A stretch of DNA of 64,000 bases from Zancudomyces culisetae HAW-14-8 (Eukaryota; Fungi; Kickxellomycota). The position numbers and the translations under genes were made by a program. The stretch spans positions 186,001 to 250,000 of the forward strand of contig JBNJNM010000006.1 in NCBI GenBank assembly GCA_052426225.1, written 5' to 3'. Every line of letters starts with the position of its first letter. The stretch's first letter is position 1. Positions 23,301 to 35,500 of the stretch are shown here, piece after piece. The notes beneath the pieces were generated by a model that searched no databases, was not told where the DNA came from, and saw only the letters and a program-made list of their open reading frames with translations.

Positions 23301-23904
23301 CAAGCTCAATTCGATGCTGGATTTAATATCCAGCACTAATCACCTTCACCATAAACTAAAGTACTCTTCACCATCTCTCACTGCAGCAACCGCCCACAGT
23401 GCTGGAGGGTTGGTCCTAGTTTCCTCCCTACTTCACCCTGAATGTACAAATCTGTGTAGAAATCCTGCTAACGAAATTATCAGAGCAGTGGTTCTTCAAG
23501 CACCTTTTCTAGACCCCGTTTCCGCATTGCTTGCCTCGCCTCTTCCCTCTGAACTTGCTGAGTGGGGTGATGTTGTCAACAAGAAGGATGATCTCGACCT
23601 TGTACTTTCGTACTCACCATATGAGTTGATAAGAAAACACTCATTGAATACCAACCTTCTAATTCTTGCTGGCGAACAAGACCAGCGTGTCCCAATTTCA
23701 CAGTCCATTAAGTTTATCTGTCGCCTAAAAAATCGGCTACACCCAGCTAAACACAAAAGAGCTCTTCTTTTTGTTGATTTCCATTCGGGCCATTTTAATA
23801 GTTTTTCATCACCTACTGCGTCCGAAGATTATGATCCATACCACCAGCGTGTCATAAGAAACACATTTCTCACAAACGTTATTGACTCAAATGAGTATGC
23901 TTAA
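20400..23904 (+). CDS. Prolyl oligopeptidase / oligopeptidase B family (S9A) serine peptidase, multi-exon
   Basis: HGIKIKDEYLWL...EVVKRYLQIENAFT N-terminus, SHDGHAIPLTIV, HVYGCYG, HVRGGRELGKNW, nucleophile AHSAGG, DQRV (Asp) and GHF (His). First exon 20400-20533 splices in phase to 20728. Internal exon limits are partly inferred. Confidence 0.88.
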
Positions 23905-24130
23905 AGTACTTTTGTTATTTGTCCAATGTGCAAATTAAGTTCAGCATTTTAAAATAAAAAAATTTTTACTGATTGGCTGGCAGAAAAAAATTTTTTATTT
24001 TTTTTTCTTTTGCAATATTTAATGGATTATGAAGCAAAGTACTGATCAAGTAAAGTATATTTGCAAGAATATATATATAAAGAAACAGCTGTTGTTTGTA
24101 AATAATCCACATACTAAAATTAACTTAAGG

Positions 24131-24468
24131 ATGTATTTGATGTACACTTTGGATAACGAGGGAAACAGAGTATATACCCTCAAGGTAAGTTCAGCTTTAT
24201 TTGCCTTAGATCGTCGTTCATTGTAATTGACTTTTTGATTATTGCTCATTTTTTGAGCTCGCAAAGCATTGAGCCTCACAATCTAATAATTAATCACTGT
24301 TTGCTAAACCCATTTTATAAATAATAGAAACGTCTGCCAAACGGAGTCGCTACCAAATCAGCTCATCCCGCTAGATTCAGTCCTGATGATAAATACTCCA
24401 GACAGAGAATTACTTTGAAAAAACGATTCAATCTTTTGCCATCCCAACAACCCGAGATCAAGTGCTAG
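24131..24468 (+). CDS. NOP10: H/ACA snoRNP protein Nop10; exons 24131-24184, 24328-24468
   Basis: Spliced product [18 protein letters not shown]|[46 protein letters not shown]; GTAAGT...TAG intron. Confidence 0.97.
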
Positions 24469-24821
24469 ATATTCGAAATAGCCCCGTGTGTGTTTAGTAT
24501 AGACCCTTTCGACTGATTTTACTTATTGTAGTGGGAGATATGAATTGCAGATGGCTTAGCCTTTAGTTTCTTGAATTTACTACTCCACATTCTTTTTTTA
24601 AATATGTTGCGATATATGTTTCAGTCAAGTATAAATATTTTATTTAAATACATTTAAAAACTAGTTTCTATACGGGGTAATGTCTATCTATCTATTCAGA
24701 GCATAGAAATATATATATGGGTTTACAGAAGTAAAAGGAGGGGAACACGCTAAATATTAGATTCTCTACAAAAACAAAAAAAGAGTAAAGGGGGTTATAT
24801 ATATGTATCCATCTGATTAAC

Positions 24822-25732
24822 TCAAGCATGGTTACAACTCCAGCACATAACCTCAGTTCCTGTCGATTTGTAACTAGTAGTGTATGTATAAAAAATTTTA
24901 ACTGTTAGATTGCTGTGGTTTGAGTATGCTGAAGTTAGGAGCGATAAAGTTATAATTCAGTGTCAACTATTAAAACTACTGCGCTGATCCCAGCTATTCT
25001 TTGTGCTATGAGAATGTGTTGATATGGAGGTTGGCTAAGAAAAAAGAGTGTATAAAACTCACCTTGTTCGCGTACATAAGCCACAATACAGCTGTTCGCA
25101 AGATCCGCAGGCTCTAACACAACCCGAACATAGCGTATTCTCACAATGTGCGCAAGAATAGTCTACCCAGCAAAGGCATGTGTTACATCCTATACATTTA
25201 TCAGCTGCCCGCGTACCGTTTCCAGCATCACTAGGCTGAACCTTTTTTCTTTGAGTGGAAGAATCTTTCTTTCCAAGATAACCAAAGTAATTTAATAAAT
25301 TCCCCTCTTGTCGTTTTTTTTCCTCTTCAAGATGAATATTTCCGCTAAATATATTATAAAGACATAAGTTGAGAATATTAAACGTAATCGAAAACAAGTC
25401 TCTATAAATAAACGAGCGTCGAGGATCTTAAAATGACACAATGTTATAAAAGGCAAGACTCACATATTCGGTGTATTGTCGTGTAATATGGTATCGATAG
25501 TTTTAGTCTGCCTTTTTAATCTTTGTTGACCATATGATAGTAGCAAAGTAATTCTTTCTATATTTACATTTACACAACGTCAATACTCATAAGCTATATT
25601 ATTACTGTTAGAAGTACAACTGCTATAAAACCTACTCCATGAGAGATCTTTGTTGAAATTATCAGCTCTGTGTTTGTTATAAAAGCCACCATCCAAAGAG
25701 AGCTCGCCACTCAGTTTTCTTTTCAGACTCAT
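24822..25732 (-). CDS. Small Cys-rich zinc-binding protein, SIVA1-like; 4 exons
   Basis: Hand-spliced (all GT-AG, in phase): MSLKRKLSGELSLDGGFYNKHRADNFNKDLSW|KRITLLLSYGQQRLKRQ..PN|IGNIHLEEE..CIGCNTCLCWVDYSCAHCENTLCSGCVRACGSCEQLYCGLCTRT|SYKSTGTEVMCWSCNHA. The Cys spacing resembles the SIVA C-terminal zinc fingers. Confidence 0.6.
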
Positions 25733-26245
25733 CCTTCACTCTTCGTTTTTATCGTGCTATCCTTAGGTTACAATATATTAAGCCGAAATTTCAAAACAAG
25801 CGTATTAGTTGTGTATTGGTACACTCCCTTAAAATCTTTCAAACAGATTTTGCTCTAGTTTTTTCTTTCTGTTTATTGAATGGGAATTAAAGTTCAATGA
25901 AAAATATTGTTTATTTTGAAGCTGGTTTCTGGATGCTTGTTAATGTATGCATAAATAATCATGTGTTAGTATGAATGTTTAACTAAGATTCGTGTTTTAT
26001 TGCTTGGACTTGTTTATTTTAAGAATTATCACTTAAAATGAATACAAAGTAAACAAATGAGTGTTTACTTTAGTGCCTTTTTTATATTTCGTGTCAAGTT
26101 GAAATTGCCACAAAAAATAAATAACCCACGATCAAAACCAATTGTTGTATAATATTTTATTTTTTAAAAAACCAATGTCTTGTGTGAAAAAAGCAACATT
26201 GAAAATGGCAATAATGAAGTCAAAAATCAAATATAACGTCTAAAA

Positions 26246-27607
26246 CTATAGCTTGATGAGCCCCTTCTTTAGCGCAATCTCTGCATTCAGAATACTGGCA
26301 CCAGCAGCACCCAAAATCGTATTATGTACTAACACTGTAAGTCTGCAATCGAAAATGTTGCATGGACGAACTCTTCCAACGGTAACACCCATTCCTTTAT
26401 CGTTCATCCTATCAAGACGCGGCTGTGGACGGTCGGGAGACTCAGAAACGTGAATGGCAGATTTAGGTGCAGAGTAACAGCCTAGCTGTTGTGCCTCGCA
26501 TCGATACCTCCTCAGACAATCATTGATTTGTTCAACGGATGGTGGAGGCGACTGTGCAAACTTGACTGAAACACATGCAAGATGTCCATCAAGAACAGGC
26601 ACTCGGTTACATGTTGCAGACACTGCTGTATTTTTTAGGTTTTCAAAGACGCTCATGCTACTATCGACAGATCCTAAGATTTTCAGCAACTCAATTTCGA
26701 TTTTCTCCTCCTCTCCGCTTATATAGGGGACAACATTATCGAAAATATCAAGAGATGCTACTCCAGGGTATCCTGCTCCAGATATTGCTTGTAATGTAGT
26801 GACGAAGACTTTTTCTATTTCACCAAATTCACTTTGAAGTGCCTTGAGTGCCACTGAAACACCCGAAACTGAGCAATTGGAGTTTGTGACTATAAATCCC
26901 TTATCCGAACCGAAATACGCCATTTGTTTGGGAATCACGTCCATATGTTCCGAGTTTGCCGTGGGCACCATAAGAGGGACATTGTTGTGGTATCTGTAGT
27001 TTTTCGCGTTTGAGAAAACAGGAAATCCTCCTTCAAAGAAGCTCTTTTCTATATATACAGATATATTTGTAAAGCTGGTGTTTATTTTTTCAGGTCATAG
27101 TTTTCACAGTTTGTAAGATACTGCACCTGACCCCCCCTCCCTCTGCCCACTAAAATCGTTTAAATTATTCACCATTTCTAGTAAAAGTGGCACAGAACTA
27201 CAAGCATTCCGTTTGCTGTCACAAAAAAAATTGTTACATCGACACTTTAAACACCAACTCTAAATGACAGCATAAAACCCCTTACAAATTAAAATAAATA
27301 ATCAATTTAACAACATACCTACTTCCCCAGCAATTGAAGCATCAAGACCAGAAAAAATCACGTCGCAGCCTTCAAACTCACTTGGTTCACATGTCTTAAC
27401 TATGAGCTTTGATACGGTTTCAGGGAGGGCGTCGCTAAGTTTCCAATTTGTTGCTTCGGCATACTTTTTACCTGCAGATCTACTAGAAGCTCCTAAAGCA
27501 TGAATCTCGAACCCTGGGTTTTCTGCTAACAAAACAATAAATCTCTGCCCTACAGTTCCAGTAGCACCCAAAATCCCGGCACGCATTGGTCTAGCTTGTG
27601 AATCCAT
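26246..27607 (-). CDS. HOM2: Aspartate-semialdehyde dehydrogenase; exons 27607-27319, 27048-26246
   Basis: GILGATGTVGQRF, FSGLD, FSNAKNYR, NSNCS (catalytic Cys), QAISGAGYPG, CNRVPVLDGH and HNTILGAAG motifs. Intron 27049-27318 is GT-AG. Confidence 0.97.
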
Positions 27608-28740
27608 TGTTTTTAGTTAGTCGTTTATTTTATTTTATTTTTGCCTCCTCTTTTCCAATATTGATATTCCTTTTGGTAAGATATATCTATTTTATTTTGC
27701 GAAATCTCCCTATCTTTGGTATATTTGAAAATTTGTTGTAGCTGAATAACAAAGATACTTTTTAGTAGCTTATAAACTATTAGTGATTTTGTAAATGGGG
27801 ATGAAAAAAAAAAACAACTGATGCACTGGATGATGATAACACCACTGTTACTAATACAACTTTATCTTGCATCCACAATACTCGACAAATCACAAACATA
27901 GGTTAGCCAGCTCTGCAAACACAATTGGCTCTCCAATTACTAAATAAAAGTAATTGCGATCCATTAATTGATTTCAGTAGCTAAATTAGTCACTGTGTAC
28001 AAAAACTGACCACTTTGAATCTTGCCCACAACAATAACCCTGGTTTATTGGCAGAAAAAAAAGTTTGGATAGGTTTCGACTTTGCTTTTAAAGGTCTTTG
28101 GTTAGTATGCAATGCTCACAGCTGCTGAAAATGAGTTGAAGTAGTTGGAATGGTTGAAAACACATGCCCAAGAAATAATGATTGCTACTAAAAATGTTAA
28201 AAAATAAAATATTATAATACTATCACTGAGGCTATAAGGATGGTCAGTAAAAAGTTTACTGAAAAGTAGCATAATAAAAAAATATTGTGTATTGTCTATG
28301 AGACACACTAGTAAAAACTAAGCTCGCTTATCAAGATATTGGGGACTAAATGATCCAAGAACTCACGTCCAACTCGTGTTACCTATTATCTTCCAAAGAC
28401 TTTCATAAGGCTTGTGCACTCTGCTAACCAAAAGTGGAGTGTGGTTAAGGGTGAGAATGGCCAGGGCCGAGATCCGAAGATGATCACAGCGTGTGAAAAC
28501 CCCGTTCTTTGGTATATTTTCAATTTTTCAGCGGGGTCTACTGATCAAGTTGCTTTGCATTATTAAGTACAACATGCATTTTGTTTGGTTTTTGTTCTGC
28601 ATTCCTAAAAAAGATTGCTGAAAATTGACGCATAATCCTGTTTTTAATCCCAAGCTTATAAAAACTCAGTTTGATAAATATATTCCGTCTTAAATAAACG
28701 AAGAGTCCTTAAAGAAATAAAAATAAACTGATTTACAGAA

Positions 28741-31237
28741 ATGTATGAAAAAACCATCAATATACCTTACTTTCAGGTCCAATCAGATTGGAACTATGAT
28801 ATTCTTGAGGCAAAAAGGAATCACAACAAAGATAAACCAGAGGCGTTTTGGGTATCCTTGTATGAGCTAGGTACAAGCTCTATATATTTTATAAGCAGTA
28901 TAACTCTGTTACTACCCTTGTGGTAGGCAAACAACTGTAATTGTATAAAGTAAATAATATAAATAAAAAATCGGGAAAAAAATCTAGGAGGAAAGAGCAT
29001 TCATGGAAAAGTACAAGTAGAGTATAACAAACAAAAAGACGAAGTAGAGCTACATGGAAATGAGGGAATCGATGTCGAATATTACAAGCAGTAAAGTTAC
29101 ACATTATTATAATCATCTATAAAATGGCTAGCTATTACTAGATTTTTTTTATTACAATACACAATACACAGGACAAAGAACTATGCTCTTTTAGTTTCGA
29201 CCATTCTAAGTGAGATTTCTACATTATTTACTAGGGGGTATTTGAAACTTGGTTCGCGTCAAAGGAATATCGAGCCAGTTAACATACTTTTAGCTAAAAA
29301 AGAAATTCAAACAAGGGATAGCACAAAAGTAAGCGTTAATGGAGCATTATATATCGAATATAAACGAGCTTCAGTATCAACATCCTATTTTCAATGTTAC
29401 ATTATCCACATACATTGTAAATGTAAAAAAATCAACAAAAAACTAGGTAACATCTTTTGATGTTGACAAAGAAGAACAAATATACCTGTGTGGTAAAGAA
29501 GACGGAGTATTGGAGTTATACGACAACCAAACCAAAGGATTGAAGGTATGCTGCTGCATCAATCGCCCTATCATTTATTTTTTTACAAGCTACTTAGACC
29601 ATGTGGCAAACTTTGGTTTCTAACTATACTATTATTAAAATGCAGCTAGAGCTGAAAGGGCACTATGGTGATGTTAACTGTTGTAGACTCTTTCCTTCAG
29701 GAAAAGGTGTGTATACGAGGAACTATCTTTTTTTTTTCTCGCCATGGGGAATGTACTAATAAGCTTCAATATGATGGTAAAAATCTACAAAAATTAATAG
29801 TTGCAATAAGTGGTGGTATGGATATGAGCTTGAAAATCTGGTCAGTCGAGAGTGGGATAAATCCAGTAACTTTGTTCGGTCATCGTGGATGTGAGTTTAT
29901 TTGGATGTAGCTATGAGATATCTTTATTCAGCTAATGTACATAAATATAATCTTCATCTTAGCCATAACTGACGTTCAGATAATTGGTATCGGAAAAAAT
30001 GTATTATGTAAGCCAAAAAAAAGGATATATAGATTTAACAACCCAACCGCCATTAACAATTTGTACGCTATGGTATGAATATTCGCGGTGGTAACCTTGG
30101 CATCTAAAACAATACGCATAAATAAATACAACTTCTAGCGAGTTCGAAGGATGGTACAGTTATACTGTGGAATTGCGGTTAGTGTTCAGCATCAACGACA
30201 ATGTCGATTTTTTAGATAAAATGGCGCCTTATTGTTTTCACTAATCAATATCTGTGGTGCTTTTGATAAAGCTTGTGCTGATTAACTGCGATAAATACTA
30301 TAAAATATAATTGGGGTAATGAATGAATAGGAGACTCTAGAGTAGTGCAATCATGGACATTCGAAGAGGATGTTAGTGTGAACAAAATTTGCTTAAAACC
30401 AGCTAGCTTGGAGGGAACAGGTAATCAAGCTGGACTGTGAAAAACCACAGTAAAGTTAATTCTCACTCATTGATACATTTATACATGGATGCATAAAAAA
30501 GTTGGTGGTATTTTGGGTTTTTTCTGCAATGACAAGAATGTGGTGAATAAATAGAATCGCAAGTATTCGTTGCATGCAGTTCAAATGGAGCGATCAGTTT
30601 GTGCGACATAAGTTCAAAAAACCCTGTAAATATATTTTTATTTGCAGCTTAACAGCTATTATAACTAATATCCTCCATAATAATAAAAACAAATACTGAT
30701 ATAATAACAATCTGAAAAACCAACCTTTGCTAAAAAAAAAATCTTGTATAAAATGCATTGGGCTAGAGCATAACGATGAAGACAGTCACAAAAAGCGATA
30801 TCGCAGCTCTCAGCGTATCCAAAGAAGGAACATATATCGCAGGTGGCGATGAAGATGGTATTGTACATATTTGGGACGTAAGAAAGCCAACAGAGCATCT
30901 TTTACAAATCCAGCGAGATCTATATCCAATAACATCAATGTGCTCGATACACACAGAAAAGCAGGATTTGATTGCGGTAGGATCCCAAAATGGAAGTCTA
31001 TATACAATAAATGGATTCGGATTCGGATTCGCCGATAGTCGTGACCGTGGAAATGAAAGTTATGAGAACAGCGGTAGTAGCAAGCTCACTGGTATTAAAA
31101 CAGATACCGAGTTTGTTGGCTTCGGCTCGGGTGCAATAAATGGCATAAAGTGTCTTTATGGTGGCCATCGTAATTTACTAAATGATTATACTCTACATGT
31201 AACTGCAGGATGCGATGGGAGCATTTATAAAATCTAA
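28741..31237 (+). CDS. RPN14: WD40 proteasome assembly chaperone (Rpn14/PAAF1-like), multi-exon
   Basis: N-terminal QVQSDW..FWVSLY, GHYGDVNCCRLFPSG, SGGMDMSLKIWS..NPVTLFGHRG, ITDVQIIGIGKNVLSSSKDGTVILWNCG and DGIVHIWDVRKP motifs across many short exons. Confidence 0.85.
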
Positions 31238-31359
31238 TCAACATTTCGGTTTTTTTAGGCTAACATTTATTTTGTTCAAAATAGGCGTCTTTGTAGCCAT
31301 TTAAACCGAATAATATATTTTAATACAAAGCTACGCTTCCCGTATTGATCTTTATTTGA

Positions 31360-32289
31360 CTATATAGAATTCTCGGCTGCCCATTGTCTGTGTTTAAAAA
31401 CAACGGAGCTGACACATTGTCCTTTTTGACCTCCAAATGTAAAGTTAGTATGTTTAATGAAGTCCACGGCCACAAAATCATTGGAAAATATATTTACCAG
31501 CTCGTTTTGAGTCCAGTTACAGCTAGTGATAACAAAAACACCACCAGGGTCCAGCAGTTTTTTGACCGAATTTATGTATGCTATCCGTGCAGATGTTTCT
31601 ATTTTTATAGTTCCTTCAATACCATCCTCTACCTCCACCTCTGCGGCTGGTTCTGGCGTTAGCTTTAGATCTTTCTCGCAACGCTTATCACGAATATTGG
31701 AATTCTCGTTTGATTCGGGCTTTAACGAAATTGCATCAAAAGTTCCCTTATCGGCCAACACTGTATATTTTGTACCTACTATACTCTCGAATATACTATC
31801 ATCCTCTTTTTCCTGTTCGCATTCGGAATCATTTGTGCTTTGAAGAGATAAAAAATCCATTTGCACAAATTTTATTTTGTTACCCTGACATTTTTCATAA
31901 TCTGCATCTGAAATCGACTTTGCTAATCGGATTGCGTATTTGGAATAGTCCACACCCACTAATGAGCAAATTGGTTTGGTTTTGTCCAGGGATTTATTCC
32001 GCAATTGCTTATCGAGGGAAAACAAAAAGTGACCATTTCCACATCCTATATCCAACACGCAACTGTTTTCTTTCAAATTAAGGAAACGGCTACTAACACT
32101 GGTCATTTCTTTTACTATCCATGATATCACCTTATTTTCTATGGCCTTCCCGTACCAGGTATCGCCTTTATCGCTAAACTCTTCATAATTATCTAGCTCA
32201 AGCTGGTATATCTCCTCCCAGTGCTGTTTGGTTCCCAATTTAGATGATTGAAACTCTATAGCATCACCCTCGTTGATGTATTCGTCCAT
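31360..32289 (-). CDS. EFM4: eEF1A lysine methyltransferase (Efm4/See1/METTL10 family)
   Basis: SSKLGTKQHWE..Y..E, VLDIGCGNGH, GVDYS, DKGTFDAISL, ITSCNWT and FTFGGQKG motifs. Confidence 0.93.
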   Translation of the reverse strand: MDEYINEGDAIEFQSSKLGTKQHWEEIYQLELDNYEEFSDKGDTWYGKAIENKVISWIVKEMTSVSSRFLNLKENSCVLDIGCGNGHFLFSLDKQLRNKSLDKTKPICSLVGVDYSKYAIRLAKSISDADYEKCQGNKIKFVQMDFLSLQSTNDSECEQEKEDDSIFESIVGTKYTVLADKGTFDAISLKPESNENSNIRDKRCEKDLKLTPEPAAEVEVEDGIEGTIKIETSARIAYINSVKKLLDPGGVFVITSCNWTQNELVNIFSNDFVAVDFIKHTNFTFGGQKGQCVSSVVFKHRQWAAENSI

Positions 32290-32598
32290 ATTTAATTTAG
32301 ATTATGTTTATGTTTGCGATTTTGTTTGAGATTTCCTGTTATTTATTTTTTTGGCCAGCTATTGGATTAATTGGCGCTAAAATGTATTGCGAGAATCATT
32401 CGAAAAATTTTTTTTTAGGTTTAGCAAAGATTTTTTCATATTTGATTCGATTTATTAACAAAAATAAAATCTTTAATTAAAACATTGTAAAATCAACACA
32501 GAAAAAAACAACTATTTATGAAAGAATAGTGCTGAAGGGACCTTGTATAGGACATAGTTGAAACAAGTAATATTATAGAGATATAAAGAGCATACAGA

Positions 32599-35500
32599 AT
32601 GCGGTTTAATAGTAAATACGGCAAAAAGAAAAAAAATACAACGAAGCTGCCTGAGGAGTTGGTTAACAAAATCAATGCTGCCAGCGGCCAGGCAAATGAG
32701 CCATTGAAGGGAAACAACAAGAGAAAAAACAAGAAGGAGCACGAATCCCGAAAAACGAAAAGAAAGAGAGAACGGCTGGAGGTAAAGAAAAGAAAAAGAG
32801 ACTATTTTAGTCACAAGACAAACAATACAAACACGGCACAGGGTTCTGAAGGTACAGGCTCAAAGATTGATGAAAAAACCAGAGTAAATACAATCAAAAA
32901 TAGGAATATACAAGCTAAAAATCTAAAGGAGGAAGTTAGATCCAAACAAAAAATTGCAAAAACTCACAATCAAGTGGATACGAAAACACAAAACATGCCG
33001 AATACCGAGAAGAAAGCAAAGAAGGTTGTGATAAACGAAAATGTAACTACTAGAAACATTGGTGATAGTGAAGAGGAAAGCGAAAGTGATGATAGGTACG
33101 ATCCTGAGGAAGAGCGGTACATGAGAATGCTAGAGTCGAAACTCAAAATCAAAGATAGTGGTAAGATCAATAGAGAACTTGAGAAGGATGGGTTGGGATT
33201 TTTGTTGGAGGGTATTACAGTTTTGGGATCGAAAAAATTAAATAAAAGAGATGAAAAAGCCGTAGATATCGGAGAGAAAAACCAAGAAGATGAGAGTGAA
33301 GAGGAAAGTGAAGAGGAAGGTGATAGTGATCAAGATGATGATGATGAGAAAGAAGAAGAACAAGAAGAAGAAAGTGATGATATTTATTCAGATGGTTCTG
33401 AATTTTTAGACACAGATACACGCGATAATGAAGCTGGAACTGACACTGAAGGTGAAGAAGAAAGTAAAGATGCTTACGATTCTGAGGAAGAGGGATACAT
33501 GAGAATGCTAGAGTCGAAACTGAAAATCAAAGATAGTGGTAGGATCAATAAAGAACTTGAGAAGGATGGGCTGGGATTTTTGCTGGAAGGTATTACGGTA
33601 TTAGGATCGAAAAGTTTAAACAAGAAAGACCAGGAAGATGTAGACATGGACAATATAGAAGATGATAGTGAAAGCAGTGGGGAAGAAGAAGAGTTCAAGG
33701 GATTTAGTGATGAAAGTAATGGTGATGAAACAGATGAAGATGTACATGGCAAAAACTCACAAACAGGTACTACAATTACAGTCAAGGCGGAGCAAAACAA
33801 ATATGTTCCTCCAAGCCAGAGAAGGATGGAGACTAACGATGGTGAGAAACAGGAGATGATAAGGGCAAGGAAAGCAATACAGGGACTGCTTAACAGAGTT
33901 AGCGAGAGTAACATAGATAAAATTATAAAGGACATACTGGAGAAAGTTTACGGAAACTTTGCGCGTAAAATAGTTACAGATGCACTGGTCGAGCTGGTGA
34001 TAAGCTCCGTAGAGAGTAAATCTAACCTACAAGATACGTTTGTGTATACAAATGCAGCGGTAATAGGAGGAGTTTCTCATTTACAAAGTATGGGTCGTAA
34101 TAGCGGTGGGGGTGGAACAAACGAGTGTTTAGCAGAATTTGTTCAAAAATTGGTCGAAAAGGTGGATTTGGAGATCAAACAGCTTTCATGTGAAGTTCCG
34201 GTTGATGTCTCTGCTGAACGTTCACAGAATCAAACTGAAAATGGAAATGGAAATAAGAAGACTGCCAAACCAGACGACCAAATGAGCCATGAAAAAGAAG
34301 AGGAAGAAAGTCTTGGTAAAAAAAGACAATGTTTGAACAAGATACGGCTACTTTGTTCCACATACAATTTTGGGATGATTTCGAGCAAGTTGATTTACGA
34401 CTTTTTGCAAGATATAGCGTCCAACATTGGAAATGCAGGGAATGAAGAAATAATTATTGAATTGGTGCTACTGATAATCAAAACCAGTGGGTTACAACTC
34501 AGAAAAGACGATCCTGCTAGACTAATACAGCTTGTTCAAACAGTGCAAAACAATAGCGCTACAGGTGATCACGTTAATAACACACGAAAGCAGTTTATGT
34601 TGGAGCAAATGAAAAACCTGAAAAACAATCGCTTGAAAACCCAAATGCAAACTAGTAATGACGCAATACTGAGTTTGAAAAAGAAAATTCAAAACAACCA
34701 AGGCGTATTTATGGCTGCAGGAGGTATAAATGTGGGATTGCAGGATATAAGAGATGTAAATACTCGAGGAAAATGGTGGCTAGTTGGTTCAGCTTGGGCA
34801 GGGAATGTCACAAGAGACGCCAATCCGGGTAGTACTGAGTCCTTGGATGGCAGTCATGAGGATGACGAAGAAGAAAAGGTGTTGCAAAACATCTCTGCGT
34901 CATTGAAGAATTTGGCGTCAACACCAACTAGAAAATCGATTTTGTACGCCTTGTTGACCAGTAGTGACTATGTCGAGGCGTTTGAGAAAATCGCAAAAAT
35001 TGGGAACCAGTATATTTCCACTGGTGGAAAAAACAACGTCGGTGGTGCAAACCTAAGTGTTATATTCCAAAAAGATGTAATAAGGATTCTTCTCGCGCTC
35101 GTGGCCAGAGAAACAGGTGGATTTAATAAATACTACTCTCTGGTTGCAAATAGGTTGTGTCAGTTCGAATACAGCTACAAAATCACCTTGAGGTATTGCC
35201 TCTGGGACTACTTGCGAAGTATAGGTGAGAAGTCGTTTGATTCAGATGAAAATGGCTCGACTACCGATTACTATGGCTCTGATGACAATGGATATGGTGA
35301 TGATAGCTACAACTCCCTTGGTGGATCAGGCGCAAACTCATCGAAAAGCCTTATCAACAGTATCAACAACACTGCTAAGTTTTATTCACACCTGGTCTTT
35401 AAATCCTCACTCAATCTACTTATCTTAAAACCGATTGACTTTACCAAAGTTTGCCAAAATTCAATCTTGTTCTGCACCTTGTTTTTTAACTCGCTTCTGA

